Assembly (NCBI GenBank): GCA_963719085.1 | Contig: CAVRAL010000001.1 | Span: 544,001-608,000, forward strand | Direction of reading: 5' to 3' | From: a candidate division FCPU426 bacterium | Lineage (GTDB): Bacteria; Oederibacteriota; Muellerivitia; Muellerivitales; Muellerivitaceae | Length of the DNA: 64,000 nt | In this document: positions 28,585 to 38,726 of the stretch, piece by piece | Numbering within the stretch: position 1 is the stretch's first letter | How the letters are laid out: every line of letters starts with the position of its first letter | Position numbers and translations under genes: made by a program | Notes under the pieces: generated by a model | Seen by the model: only the letters and a program-made list of their open reading frames with translations | Databases searched by the model: none | What the model was told of the DNA's origin: nothing

Positions 28585-29710
28585 ACTTATCGCCAAGGAC
28601 GGGAAAACATCCGCCCGGGCGGGTCTTTTGACCCTGCCCCACGGGGAAATCAAGACCCCTTGTTATATGCCCGTGGGGACCCAGGCTTCGGTGAAGGCGC
28701 TTTCACCGGAGGATGTGCTGGCGTGCGGGTCGGAGATTCTTTTGGCCAATACTTATCATTTGATGCTGCGGCCGGGCGCGGACCTTTTGGAAAAAATGGG
28801 CGGTCTTCACCGGTTTATGCATTGGGATAAGCCCATCCTGACCGATAGCGGGGGCTTTCAAGTTTTCAGCCTGGCGGACCTACGCAAAATTACCGAGCAA
28901 GGCGTTGAGTTTCAATCCCACCTCGACGGGCGTAAATGCGAGTTGACGCCGGAAAGCGCGACCCAAATCCAGCACAAAATCGGAGCCGACATCATCATGG
29001 CTTTTGATGAGTGCATTCCGTATCCCTCGCCCGAGGATTATGTGGAACAATCCGTGGACCGCACCAGCCGCTGGGCCCAGCGCTGTTGGGAAACCCACCG
29101 CCAAAGCGGACGGGAAAAGGCGCAATCGCTTTATGGAATCGTGCAAGGGGCCAACTTTCCCCATTTGCGGGAAAAAAGCGCGAAGGCCCTTTTGGCTTTG
29201 GATTTTCCGGGTTACGCCATTGGGGGTGTGTCGGTGGGTGAGCCTAAGGCCAGTATTTACCGGGTGGTGGAACAAACGGCGCCTTATTTGCCCGCGCACA
29301 AGCCCCGGTACTTGATGGGGGTGGGGACTCCGGAAGATCTTTGGGAATGCGTGGAACGGGGTATGGACATGTTTGACTGCGTGATGCCCACCCGAATCGC
29401 CCGCAATGGAACGGCCCTGACCCGAAAGGGAAGGGTAATTTTAAAGAACGCCCAATACGCGCAGGATGAGCGTCCTTTAGATGAGTCCTGCGGTTGTGAG
29501 TGCTGCCGCCACTATAGCCGGGCTTATTTACGGCATCTTTTTCAGGCCGAGGAGCTTTTGGTGTTGAGGCTGGTCAGCCTTCACAATCTTCGGTTTATGA
29601 CGGAAATTTGCGAGACGATGCGCGCGGCGATCGAGCTGAATCGGTTTTCAGAGGCCAAGCGGGAATTTATGGCCCTGTATTTCGATTCGCCGGCCGGGGC
29701 CCAAGGGTAA
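28565..29710 (+). CDS. tgt: tRNA-guanine transglycosylase
   Basis: MPVGT, NTYHL, TDSGGFQVFSL, GIVQG, YLMGVG, DMFDCVMPTR, CGCECC zinc site; ATG at 28565. Confidence 0.97.
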   Translation: MAVHEFKLIAKDGKTSARAGLLTLPHGEIKTPCYMPVGTQASVKALSPEDVLACGSEILLANTYHLMLRPGADLLEKMGGLHRFMHWDKPILTDSGGFQVFSLADLRKITEQGVEFQSHLDGRKCELTPESATQIQHKIGADIIMAFDECIPYPSPEDYVEQSVDRTSRWAQRCWETHRQSGREKAQSLYGIVQGANFPHLREKSAKALLALDFPGYAIGGVSVGEPKASIYRVVEQTAPYLPAHKPRYLMGVGTPEDLWECVERGMDMFDCVMPTRIARNGTALTRKGRVILKNAQYAQDERPLDESCGCECCRHYSRAYLRHLFQAEELLVLRLVSLHNLRFMTEICETMRAAIELNRFSEAKREFMALYFDSPAGAQG

Positions 29711-29789
29711 AATTTTCCCACCCGGACTAAAAGTATCCGGTCGCCGCTCCCCGAAGCCGCTGATTTGGCCTTTTTAAGGGGTTTTTAAC

Positions 29790-29805
29790 TGGCACGGCAT
29801 TTGCT
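29790..29805 (+). promoter_or_regulatory. Sigma54 (-24/-12) promoter for the histidine kinase
   Basis: TGGCAC-GGCAT-TTGCT, matching TGGCAC-N5-TTGCW exactly. Confidence 0.8.
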
Positions 29806-29817
29806 TTTTATAGACGC

Positions 29818-31605
29818 ATGAACACACTGTCCGCTTCCACCATCGAAAACTTTCTGCCGAACGGGAACCTCCCCCCTTTAGCCTCCGGCTTTTCCAGCCG
29901 GAAAATCACGCTTGGCAAGCGGGATATTCTGGCTTGTTTTCGCTCCTTGGTCCTCTTGGTTTTGCTCGTTCTTCTTTTTTTTAACGACCAGAATGGGGAG
30001 GCTTTATCCGATCCCAAGGCCTATTGGTTGATCGGCGCGTTTTTGGCCACCATCGCCGGCATGTTCCTCATCAAGACCCAATCCTTCGAGAATAAAATGG
30101 TTTTGCCCGGCTTTTTTCTGCTGGATACCTTTTTTATTACCGGCGGCATTTATTTAACGGGTGTGACCGACACGGACTTGTTCCTGATCTTTTTCATCAC
30201 GGTTTTCATCTCGGCCCTTTCCCAGGACATCAAAAGTGTTTTCGGGGTCGCGATCGTTTCTTGCGCGCTTTACGCTTTTCTCCAATATAAAACCACCGGT
30301 GAGTTTTTTTCCGAGGATACGGCCCTTTTGGTCCGGTTTCCCTTTCTTTTCGTGGCCGCCGCCATGAGCGGTTTTATCGCCATGGAAGGGAAAAAAGACA
30401 AAGAGGAAAAGAACCATTTACAAGCCATGAACCGCTTCCTGGCCGAACAAGCCGATTCATCCACCTCCAAGCTTTTGGAAACCAACCGCCGGCTCAAGAC
30501 GCTTTTGGAATATCACCATTGCATCCTCTCGTCGTTGAAAACCGGGGTGATTGTGGCCCGGCTGGATGGGACTGTTCGTACCTTCAATTCGGGGGCCCGG
30601 GAAATCACCGGATTCGTGGAAGCGGAGATGGCGGATCGGAAACTGGAGGACTTGCCGGTAAATTTGGAGCCGGTCGCCCGGGCTTTGCAATTGACGCTTC
30701 AAGAAGAAAAGGGCTGCCTGCAGGATCATTTGGAAATCAAGACGGCCCGTTCGGAAGCCGTGCCGGTCACGTTGGAAACTTCCGTTTTGAAAGGCGGCAA
30801 CGGCCAGGTGTTGGGGGCCATCGCCACCTTGAAAGACACGTCCCTTTTACACCAAATGGAAACCCAGCTTTTGCGCGCCGAGCGTCTTTCGGCCTTGGGC
30901 GAGATGGCCGCCGGGGTGGCCCATGAGATTAAAAATCCTTTGAACGCGATCATGGGTTTTTCCAAGCGTCTTTCGGCCAAGATTGAGGAACCAAGCCTCA
31001 AAAAATACGCCGATATTATCGTGGATGAAGTTCGCCGCATGGACGCCACCATCAATGATGTCCTGGAATACAGCCGGCCCGACCGCGTGAGCAAGGAGCC
31101 GGCCGACATTCATAAAATCTTGGAAGAAACCGTGGTCTTTTTGGGCGAGAAACTGGAGAAGGCGGGAGTGGAGGTGAAACAGGAATTTGACGCCGAGGTT
31201 CCCCTGGTTTCCCTGGATTTGGTCAAGGTTCGGCAAGTGGTTTTAAATTTGGTGCTGAACTCCATCCAGGCGATGGACAAAGGGGGGCGGATTACGCTTC
31301 GCACCCGGGTGACGGAAGGTGTGGCGCCGGAATCGGGCGCTCAAAATGAGGCGCTTGTTTTTCAACGGTTGTTTCTCAAACAAAAGATGGTATTGGTTTC
31401 AATCACGGACACGGGATGCGGCATCCCGAAAGAAAATATGGCCAAGCTGTTCCACCCCTTTTTCACGACCAAAATCACGGGAACGGGATTGGGCCTTTCG
31501 ATTTGCCACAAAATTATCGCCTCGCATGGCGGGACGCTGGATGTTCAAAGCGTGGTCGGGCAGGGAAGCACGTTTATGATTTACCTTCCTCTCGGGGAAG
31601 AATAA
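29818..31605 (+). CDS. Membrane sensor histidine kinase with PAS domain (PilS/NtrB-like)
   Basis: N-terminal TM bundle; PAS (FNSGAREITG); H-box AHEIKNPL; N-box NLVLNSIQA; DTGCGI, PFFTTK, GTGLGL. Confidence 0.93.
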   Translation: MNTLSASTIENFLPNGNLPPLASGFSSRKITLGKRDILACFRSLVLLVLLVLLFFNDQNGEALSDPKAYWLIGAFLATIAGMFLIKTQSFENKMVLPGFFLLDTFFITGGIYLTGVTDTDLFLIFFITVFISALSQDIKSVFGVAIVSCALYAFLQYKTTGEFFSEDTALLVRFPFLFVAAAMSGFIAMEGKKDKEEKNHLQAMNRFLAEQADSSTSKLLETNRRLKTLLEYHHCILSSLKTGVIVARLDGTVRTFNSGAREITGFVEAEMADRKLEDLPVNLEPVARALQLTLQEEKGCLQDHLEIKTARSEAVPVTLETSVLKGGNGQVLGAIATLKDTSLLHQMETQLLRAERLSALGEMAAGVAHEIKNPLNAIMGFSKRLSAKIEEPSLKKYADIIVDEVRRMDATINDVLEYSRPDRVSKEPADIHKILEETVVFLGEKLEKAGVEVKQEFDAEVPLVSLDLVKVRQVVLNLVLNSIQAMDKGGRITLRTRVTEGVAPESGAQNEALVFQRLFLKQKMVLVSITDTGCGIPKENMAKLFHPFFTTKITGTGLGLSICHKIIASHGGTLDVQSVVGQGSTFMIYLPLGEE

Positions 31606-31625
31606 AGCTGAAAGAGGAGATCGTC

Positions 31626-32015
31626 ATGGAATCGAAAAAGTTCACCATTTTGTTGGCGGAGGACGAAGAGGCTTCACGCTTGCTTTATACCGAGGAATTG
31701 GAAGAGGCGGGTTTCAATGTTTTGACCGCGGCCAACGGGCTCCAAGCGCTTGGCATTCTGGAAGACGTGAAGGTTGATCTTTTGATGACCGACATCAAAA
31801 TGCCGGACATGCACGCCCTGGAATTGATTCCCCGGGTCCGTGAGGAGCATCCCCATCTTCCTATTTTGGTGGCTTCGGCTTTTAAGGGCATGGAAGATGA
31901 TTTTGCCTTGAAGGGCTGCCGGATCCAGGGATTTTTCACCAAGCCTGTCAACCTGGACGCGCTCAAGGCTGAGATGGTCAGAATTTTAGAATCCCAAGCG
32001 GTCGCCGCGGCTTAA
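31626..32015 (+). CDS. Single-domain response regulator (receiver only)
   Basis: ILLAEDE, LMTDIKMPDM, VASA, FTKP; SD GAGGAG before ATG 31626. Confidence 0.92.
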   Translation: MESKKFTILLAEDEEASRLLYTEELEEAGFNVLTAANGLQALGILEDVKVDLLMTDIKMPDMHALELIPRVREEHPHLPILVASAFKGMEDDFALKGCRIQGFFTKPVNLDALKAEMVRILESQAVAAA

Positions 32016-32240
32016 ACGTTGGGCCTCCAAGCCCGGATCGAGGGCTCGGCGCTTAACATTTTTGTTCCAATGGACCAATCTGGTCGCACAAAAGAGTAGA
32101 AAACCATCGCGGCCCCGGAATGGTTTGGAACGGCTTCCAAGCCCGCTTGGATCAGTAAAAATCTCCCGCTAAAAGCCCGGTTAAGTCCTGTCCTGAAACC
32201 CAATGTTGTGACAACGTAAAAAAGCCCCTCCGGACCCAAC

Positions 32241-32256
32241 TGGTATGAAGTTTGCT
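32241..32256 (+). promoter_or_regulatory. Sigma54 promoter for gltBD
   Basis: TGGTAT-GAAGT-TTGCT with correct GG/GC spacing. Confidence 0.65.
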
Positions 32257-32459
32257 TGAAAAACCTCACCATATCTTGTAATTTAGCACACCAACCGACG
32301 CCTCTTTAAGTTAAGGCGGCCCCTCGCCGGGCTGCTTTTTTTGCCCTCGGTTTTGCTCAAATGGGAAGTGAAAAACAAGGGAAAATGGGGAACGACACCC
32401 CAACGCGCGCTAGGCCCGCCTAAAGGCGAGGCCCCAGATGGACTTCAAGGAGCTACTCC

Positions 32460-35400
32460 ATGCCGGAACAACCGATTCAAGCGAACCCGAATGAAAACTT
32501 GATGACCCCTTTTGACGCGGGCAAGGATTCCTGCGGGGTGGGTTTCGTGGCCCACCTGAAGAACAAAAAAACACATGAAATTGTCGAACAGGGCATTGAG
32601 ATTCTTTATAACCTCTCCCACCGCGGCGCCTGCGGATGCGAAACCAACACGGGGGACGGCGCGGGCATTCTTCTTCAGATCCCGGATAAGTTTTTCCGGA
32701 AAAACGCTTCCAGCTTTAATGTCAGCTTGCCGCCGGAGGGCGAGTATGGTGTGGGGGCGGTCTTTCTTCCTAAAGATCACGAACAGATCAAGGCTTGCGA
32801 GGACATGCTGACCGCGATTGTCCAAGAAGAGGGTCAAACCCTCTTGGGCTGGCGCGTGACCCCCACGGACAATACCGAAATCGGACTGACGGCGAGGGCC
32901 AGTGAGCCCATTATGAAGCACGTTTTTATCGGCAAGTCCAAAGACCTAAAAGATCAGGACGCTTTCGAGCGTAAATTATTCCTCATCCGTAAACGTATTG
33001 AAAACCAAGTGGCCGCCTCGAAATTGTCGGAAAAAAGCCTGTTTTATATCGCCAGTTTTTCTTGCCGGACCATCGTTTATAAGGGCATGTTGACGCCGGG
33101 ACAGGTCAATTCTTATTTCAGGGACCTGCGCGACAAGGATACCGAATCGGCCTTGGCCCTGGTGCATTCGCGCTTTTCCACCAACACCTTCCCTTCTTGG
33201 GATTTAGCGCATCCGTTCCGTTACATCGCCCATAACGGTGAAATCAACACCTTGCGCGGCAACATCAACTGGATGCACGCCCGCCAGGCCTTATTCGAGA
33301 CGGAGTATTTCTCGAAAGACGAAGTGAAAAAACTGCTTCCCATCATCCGGGAAGGCCAGTCGGACTCCGCTTCCTTTGATAACGCACTGGAAATCCTCGT
33401 GATGACCGGCCGTTCTTTGCCTCATTCAATGATGATGTTGGTTCCCGAGGCTTGGACGGGCCACGCCACCATGCCCCAATATAAGAAAGACTTTTATCAC
33501 TATCATTCCTGCTTGATGGAGCCCTGGGACGGACCGGCGTCCATCGCTTTTACCGATGGACGTATGATTGGCGCCCTTTTGGACCGCAACGGTTTGCGCC
33601 CCTCGCGCTATTACATCACCCAGGACGACTTGGTCGTGATGGCCTCTGAAGTCGGGGTTTTGGATATTGATAACCAGCGGGTCCTGCAAAAAGGCCGCCT
33701 GGAACCGGGAAAAATGTTCCTCATCGATTTGATCGAAGGCCGGATCGTGGATGACGCTGAAATTAAAGAAAAAATCGCCAAGGCCCAGCCTTATGGCGAT
33801 TGGTTGAAAGACAACTTGACCGCTTTGGATAAATTACCCGAAGCCCCGCATGTCCCCGAGCCGGATCATGACACGGTTTTGAAGCGCCAAAGGGCCTATG
33901 GCTATACCCATGAGGATTTAAAAATACTGATGGCCCCCATGGCCACCAACGGGGAAGAAGCAATTGGGTCGATGGGCGATGATACGCCGATCGGCATCTT
34001 GTCGAACCTCAATCAACCGCTCTTTAATTATTTCAAACAGTTATTCGCCCAAGTCACCAACCCGCCGCTCGACGCCATCCGCGAGGAATTGGTCACCTCG
34101 GTCAATACCACGGTGGGCCCCGAGGGAAATCTTTTGGTTCCCAAAGCGGAAAACTGCCGGCAAATCGAGCTCAAAAGCCCCGTGTTGGACAATGATGAGT
34201 TGGCCAAGTTCACCCATATTTCCTACAAGGGCTTCAAAGCGGTCACGATCCCGATCCTTTATAAGGTCGCCGAGGGCGGAAAAGGCTTGGCTAAGGCCGT
34301 CGAGGAAGTCTGCGCTAAGGCTGAAAAAGCCGTGAAGGAAGGCTATCAAATTGTGATCCTTTCGGATCGGGGCCTCGACCATGACCACGCGCCTATCCCG
34401 AGCCTTTTGGCCACCGCCGGCGTGCATCATCATTTGATCCGCCAGGGTCTTCGGACCAAGGCAGGGCTCATCATTGAAAGCGGGGAACCCCGCGAGGTGC
34501 ATCACTTTGGACTGCTCTTGGGATATGGCGCCAACGCCATTAATCCCTATTTGGCCTTTGAGTCGCTGGATGACATGATCCGCCGCAAGGTTTTGCCGGC
34601 CGATATCGACCATAAAACCGCCGTGAAAAAATATATCAAGGCGGCCAACAAGGGCATCGTGAAAATTATGTCCAAGATGGGGATTTCCACCATTCAAAGC
34701 TACCGGGGCGCCCAGATATTTGAGGCGGTGGGGCTGAACCGGGAGTTTGTGGATAAATACTTTACCTGGACCGCTACCCGCATCCAGGGAATCGGGATTG
34801 AGGAAGTGGCGGTCGAGACCGAGCATCGTCACCGGGGGGCGTTCCCGGAACGCCCGGCCCGGGATTTGGACTTGGATTGGGGTGGCCGCTACCAATGGCG
34901 CCGGGACGGGGAAAAGCATCTTTTTAACCCCGACACGGTCCACAAACTTCAAACCGCCGTCCGCACCAGCAATTACAAGGCGTTTAAAGAATATTCCAAA
35001 GACGTGAACGACCAATCCAAAAGCTTGGCCACGATTCGGGGTTTGTTTCAATTTAAAAAAGGCACGCCCATTCCGTTGGACCAGGTGGAACCGGTCAGCG
35101 AAATCGTCAAACGTTTCGTCACCGGTGCCATGTCCTATGGATCGATCAGCAAAGAGGCGCACCAAAACCTGGCCATCGCGATGAACCGGCTGGGGGGCAA
35201 GTCGAATACGGGCGAGGGCGGCGAGGATGAGGATCGCTATGTCCCTGAGGCGAACGGGGATTCCCGTAACTCGGCCATCAAACAGGTGGCTTCGGGCCGT
35301 TTCGGCGTGACGAGCTATTACATGGTCAACGCGAAGGAAATCCAGATCAAGATGGCGCAGGGCGCCAAGCCGGGCGAAGGCGGTCAATTGCCGGGAAAGA

Positions 35401-37007
35401 AAGTTTATCCTTGGATCGCCAAGACCCGCTTTGCCACGCCTTTCGTGGGGCTCATCTCGCCCCCGCCGCACCATGATATTTATTCCATCGAGGATTTGGC
35501 CCAGCTTATCCACGACCTCAAGAACGCCAACAAGCACGCCCGCGTCTCCGTGAAGCTGGTTTCCGAAGTGGGCGTGGGAACGGTGGCCGCCGGGGTTTGC
35601 AAAGCGCACGCCGATCATGTGCTCATCAGCGGGCATGATGGCGGAACCGGAGCTTCCCCTTTAACCTCGATCAAGCACGCGGGCATTCCCTGGGAAATGG
35701 GGTTGGCCGAGACGCATCAAATTTTGGTCAAGAACCGTTTGCGCGACCGCATTGTGGTCCAGGCCGATGGCCAGTTGAAGACGGGACGGGACGTGGCCAT
35801 CGCTTGTTTGCTGGGCGCTGAGGAATTTGGATTCGCCACCGCAGCCCTGGTGGCCGAGGGCTGCATCATGATGCGGGTCTGCCATTTGGATACCTGTCCG
35901 GTGGGGATCGCCACCCAAAATCCGGAACTTCGTAAAAAGTTCACCGGTAAACCGGAGCACGTGGTTAATTTTATGACCTATATCGCCGAGGAAGTCCGGG
36001 AGATTATGGCGGAACTCGGATTCAAAACCATTTTGGATATGGTGGGTCATTCTGAATTGTTGGAGATGAACAAGGCCACTTCCTATTGGAAGGCCAAGGG
36101 TTTGGACTTTTCAGCTATCTTCGCCAAACCGGAAGAGTCGAAATTGGGCCCGGTCTATTGCGTGCAAAAACAGGACCATGGTCTCGATAAGGCGCTGGAT
36201 AACGAAGTCCTGATCGAGCGTTGCATGCCGGCCTTGAACGACAAAAAACCGGTCAAGTTTGAGGTCCCCATCCGTAATATCAACCGAACCGTGGGAACCA
36301 TGCTGGGCGCTGAGATTTCCCGGAAGCACGGCTTGAAGGGTTTGCCGGACGACACGATTCAAATTACCTTTCAAGGCTCGGCGGGGCAAAGCTTTGGGGC
36401 TTTCTTGCCCCGAGGAGTCACCCTTCGTCTCGAAGGCGACGCCAACGATTACGTGGGCAAGGGACTTTGCGGCGGAAAAATCGCGGTTTATCCGCAGAAG
36501 AACATCCAGTTCGTGCCCGAGGATAATATCATCGCGGGCAACGTGCTTCTTTACGGCGCCACCAGCGGCGAGGCTTATTTCCGGGGTAAGACCGGGGAGC
36601 GTTTTGGCGTGCGCAATAGCGGCGTTTACGCCGTGGTGGAAGGCGTGGGAGATCATGGATGCGAATACATGACCGGCGGCCGGGTGGTGGTCCTGGGCGA
36701 GACGGGCCGCAATTTCGCGGCCGGAATGAGCGGCGGGATCGCTTACGTGTGGAACAAGGCGGGCGATTTCGAGGTGCGTTGCAACAAGGAAATGGTGGAA
36801 CTGGACAGCTTGGACGCGGATGACGTGAAGACAATCCAGGACATGCTGCGCAAACATCAAAGTTTTACCGGCAGCACGGTGGCCGAACAGGTCCTTAAAA
36901 ACTGGGATAAGCTGGAAAAGCAATTCGTGAAGGTCATGCCGGTCGACTATAAGAAGGCCTTGCAGGCCCAAAAAGACGCCGCCGCCCAACCGGCGTCGGT
37001 AGCTTAG
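32460..37007 (+). CDS. gltB: Glutamate synthase large subunit
   Basis: DSCGVGF (catalytic Cys), [50 protein letters not shown]. Confidence 0.98.
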   Translation: MPEQPIQANPNENLMTPFDAGKDSCGVGFVAHLKNKKTHEIVEQGIEILYNLSHRGACGCETNTGDGAGILLQIPDKFFRKNASSFNVSLPPEGEYGVGAVFLPKDHEQIKACEDMLTAIVQEEGQTLLGWRVTPTDNTEIGLTARASEPIMKHVFIGKSKDLKDQDAFERKLFLIRKRIENQVAASKLSEKSLFYIASFSCRTIVYKGMLTPGQVNSYFRDLRDKDTESALALVHSRFSTNTFPSWDLAHPFRYIAHNGEINTLRGNINWMHARQALFETEYFSKDEVKKLLPIIREGQSDSASFDNALEILVMTGRSLPHSMMMLVPEAWTGHATMPQYKKDFYHYHSCLMEPWDGPASIAFTDGRMIGALLDRNGLRPSRYYITQDDLVVMASEVGVLDIDNQRVLQKGRLEPGKMFLIDLIEGRIVDDAEIKEKIAKAQPYGDWLKDNLTALDKLPEAPHVPEPDHDTVLKRQRAYGYTHEDLKILMAPMATNGEEAIGSMGDDTPIGILSNLNQPLFNYFKQLFAQVTNPPLDAIREELVTSVNTTVGPEGNLLVPKAENCRQIELKSPVLDNDELAKFTHISYKGFKAVTIPILYKVAEGGKGLAKAVEEVCAKAEKAVKEGYQIVILSDRGLDHDHAPIPSLLATAGVHHHLIRQGLRTKAGLIIESGEPREVHHFGLLLGYGANAINPYLAFESLDDMIRRKVLPADIDHKTAVKKYIKAANKGIVKIMSKMGISTIQSYRGAQIFEAVGLNREFVDKYFTWTATRIQGIGIEEVAVETEHRHRGAFPERPARDLDLDWGGRYQWRRDGEKHLFNPDTVHKLQTAVRTSNYKAFKEYSKDVNDQSKSLATIRGLFQFKKGTPIPLDQVEPVSEIVKRFVTGAMSYGSISKEAHQNLAIAMNRLGGKSNTGEGGEDEDRYVPEANGDSRNSAIKQVASGRFGVTSYYMVNAKEIQIKMAQGAKPGEGGQLPGKKVYPWIAKTRFATPFVGLISPPPHHDIYSIEDLAQLIHDLKNANKHARVSVKLVSEVGVGTVAAGVCKAHADHVLISGHDGGTGASPLTSIKHAGIPWEMGLAETHQILVKNRLRDRIVVQADGQLKTGRDVAIACLLGAEEFGFATAALVAEGCIMMRVCHLDTCPVGIATQNPELRKKFTGKPEHVVNFMTYIAEEVREIMAELGFKTILDMVGHSELLEMNKATSYWKAKGLDFSAIFAKPEESKLGPVYCVQKQDHGLDKALDNEVLIERCMPALNDKKPVKFEVPIRNINRTVGTMLGAEISRKHGLKGLPDDTIQITFQGSAGQSFGAFLPRGVTLRLEGDANDYVGKGLCGGKIAVYPQKNIQFVPEDNIIAGNVLLYGATSGEAYFRGKTGERFGVRNSGVYAVVEGVGDHGCEYMTGGRVVVLGETGRNFAAGMSGGIAYVWNKAGDFEVRCNKEMVELDSLDADDVKTIQDMLRKHQSFTGSTVAEQVLKNWDKLEKQFVKVMPVDYKKALQAQKDAAAQPASVA

Positions 37008-37020
37008 CAAAGGCAATTGA

Positions 37021-37173
37021 CATTGATGGACGCCGATAAACGCCGATAGCGAAAAAATCACATAGGCGTTAAAGCCGATAGGGTAACGAAGATGTGCTTG
37101 GGGCCGGAAGTTTTATTGTCCAATGTGAAAAAAGTTTGGGTTTTATCGGCGTTAATCTGCGTGCATTATGGTT
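37021..37173. repeat. Small inverted-repeat element, copy 2, between gltB and gltD
   Basis: Left arm CATTGATGGACGCCGATAAACGCCGAT; right arm ATCGGCGTTAATCTGCGTGCATTATG is its imperfect reverse complement. Confidence 0.65.
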
Positions 37174-37216
37174 AATGGGTTTGCCGTGGATTTTTTAAAT
37201 TAAGGAATAGGTCGAA

Positions 37217-38662
37217 ATGGGAAAACCAACCGGATTTATGGAAGCGGGGCGCGAACTGCCCCACAAGCGGCCCGTGGCCGAGCGCATCAAGGATTGGAAG
37301 GAATATTACCTTCCCATGCACCCGGATCACTTGAAGACGCAGGCCGCCCGCTGCATGGACTGCGGCGTTCCTTTTTGCCATCAGGGCTGTCCCTTGGGCA
37401 ATATTATTCCCGATTGGAACGATTTGGTTTACCGCGACCGGTGGAAGGAAGCCATTGAGCGCCTTCACGCCACTAATAATTTTCCCGAGTTCACCGGCCG
37501 GCTTTGCCCGGCGCCTTGCGAGAATTCTTGTGTGCTCGGTATGGATTCCTATACCCAGCCCGTGACGATTAAACAAATGGAAGTTTCCATCATCGACCAC
37601 GCTTGGGAGCAGGGGTGGGTGAAACCCCAAATCGCGCATAAAAAGACGGGAAAGAAAGTGGCCGTGGTGGGTTCGGGCCCGGCGGGTCTGGCCTGCGCCC
37701 AGCAATTGGCCCGGGCGGGCCACGCGGTTACCGTATACGAACGGGCGGACCGCATCGGCGGGCTTCTGCGTTACGGTATCCCTGAATTTAAAATGGAAAA
37801 ACGCCATATCAACCGGCGCATGGAACAAATGCAGGCCGAAGGCGTGACCTTTGTGACCAACGCCAACATTGGCGTGACGATCCCCATTGAGGATTTGCGC
37901 AAGAATTTCGACGCCATCGTGCTTTGCGGCGGCGCCACGCAAGCCCGTAATCTGGATGTTCCGGGCCGTGAATTAAAAGGAACTTATTTCGCCATGGAAT
38001 ACCTGCCCCAATCCAATAAGGTGCAGGAAGGCGACAAGGTGGAGAACCAAATCAACGCCAAGGATAAGAATGTGGTGATCCTGGGCGGCGGGGACACGGG
38101 CGCGGATTGCATCGGCACCGCCGTTCGACAGGGCTGCAAGAGCCTGGTCTCGTTTGAATTGCTGCCCCAGCCTCCCGACACCCGTCCGGGGGATAATCCC
38201 TGGCCCCAATGGGCCCGCATTTTCAGGACCGCGCCGGCCCACGACGAGGGCGGTGAGCGGATTTTCAGCGTGATGACCAAAAAGCTGACCGGCGAGAACG
38301 GCGTTTTGAAAAAACTCCATGGCGTGAAGCTGGAATGGATTCCCCAGCCGTCGGGTCCGCCGAAGATGCAGGAGATTCCGGGAAGCGAATTTGAGATTCC
38401 GGCGGATTTGGTTTTTCTGGCCATGGGATTCCTTGGGCCTGAAAAAAACCCCTTGTTCGAAAAACTGGGCATCGAATTGGATCCCCGGTCCAACGTCAAG
38501 GCGGACGCCAACAAGATGACCAATGTTCCCGGGGTTTTCGTGGCGGGGGACATGACCCGCGGCCAGTCACTGATTGTGTGGGCCATCTCGGAGGGCCGCA
38601 AAGCCGCCCAAGGCGTGGATAAGTGGCTCATGGGCGAGACCCTTTTGGAATCCGTCCTGTAA
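37217..38662 (+). CDS. gltD: Glutamate synthase small subunit
   Basis: MGKPTGF, RCMDCGVPFC, GRLCPAPCE, GSGPAG, GGGDTGADC, RGQSLIVWAI. Confidence 0.97.
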   Translation: MGKPTGFMEAGRELPHKRPVAERIKDWKEYYLPMHPDHLKTQAARCMDCGVPFCHQGCPLGNIIPDWNDLVYRDRWKEAIERLHATNNFPEFTGRLCPAPCENSCVLGMDSYTQPVTIKQMEVSIIDHAWEQGWVKPQIAHKKTGKKVAVVGSGPAGLACAQQLARAGHAVTVYERADRIGGLLRYGIPEFKMEKRHINRRMEQMQAEGVTFVTNANIGVTIPIEDLRKNFDAIVLCGGATQARNLDVPGRELKGTYFAMEYLPQSNKVQEGDKVENQINAKDKNVVILGGGDTGADCIGTAVRQGCKSLVSFELLPQPPDTRPGDNPWPQWARIFRTAPAHDEGGERIFSVMTKKLTGENGVLKKLHGVKLEWIPQPSGPPKMQEIPGSEFEIPADLVFLAMGFLGPEKNPLFEKLGIELDPRSNVKADANKMTNVPGVFVAGDMTRGQSLIVWAISEGRKAAQGVDKWLMGETLLESVL

Positions 38663-38726
38663 TATCAGGCGATCGCCGGGTTGATGGTCCATTCCGTCGC
38701 ACTCCTTTGAAAGCGGGGAAGTCTTC

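Noticed and set aside
34041..37061. Long antisense ORFs (531 aa and 316 aa) opposite gltB; similar ones lie opposite flgE, gltD and spoIID
   Set aside because: These are shadow frames of codon-biased genes with no recognisable motifs.
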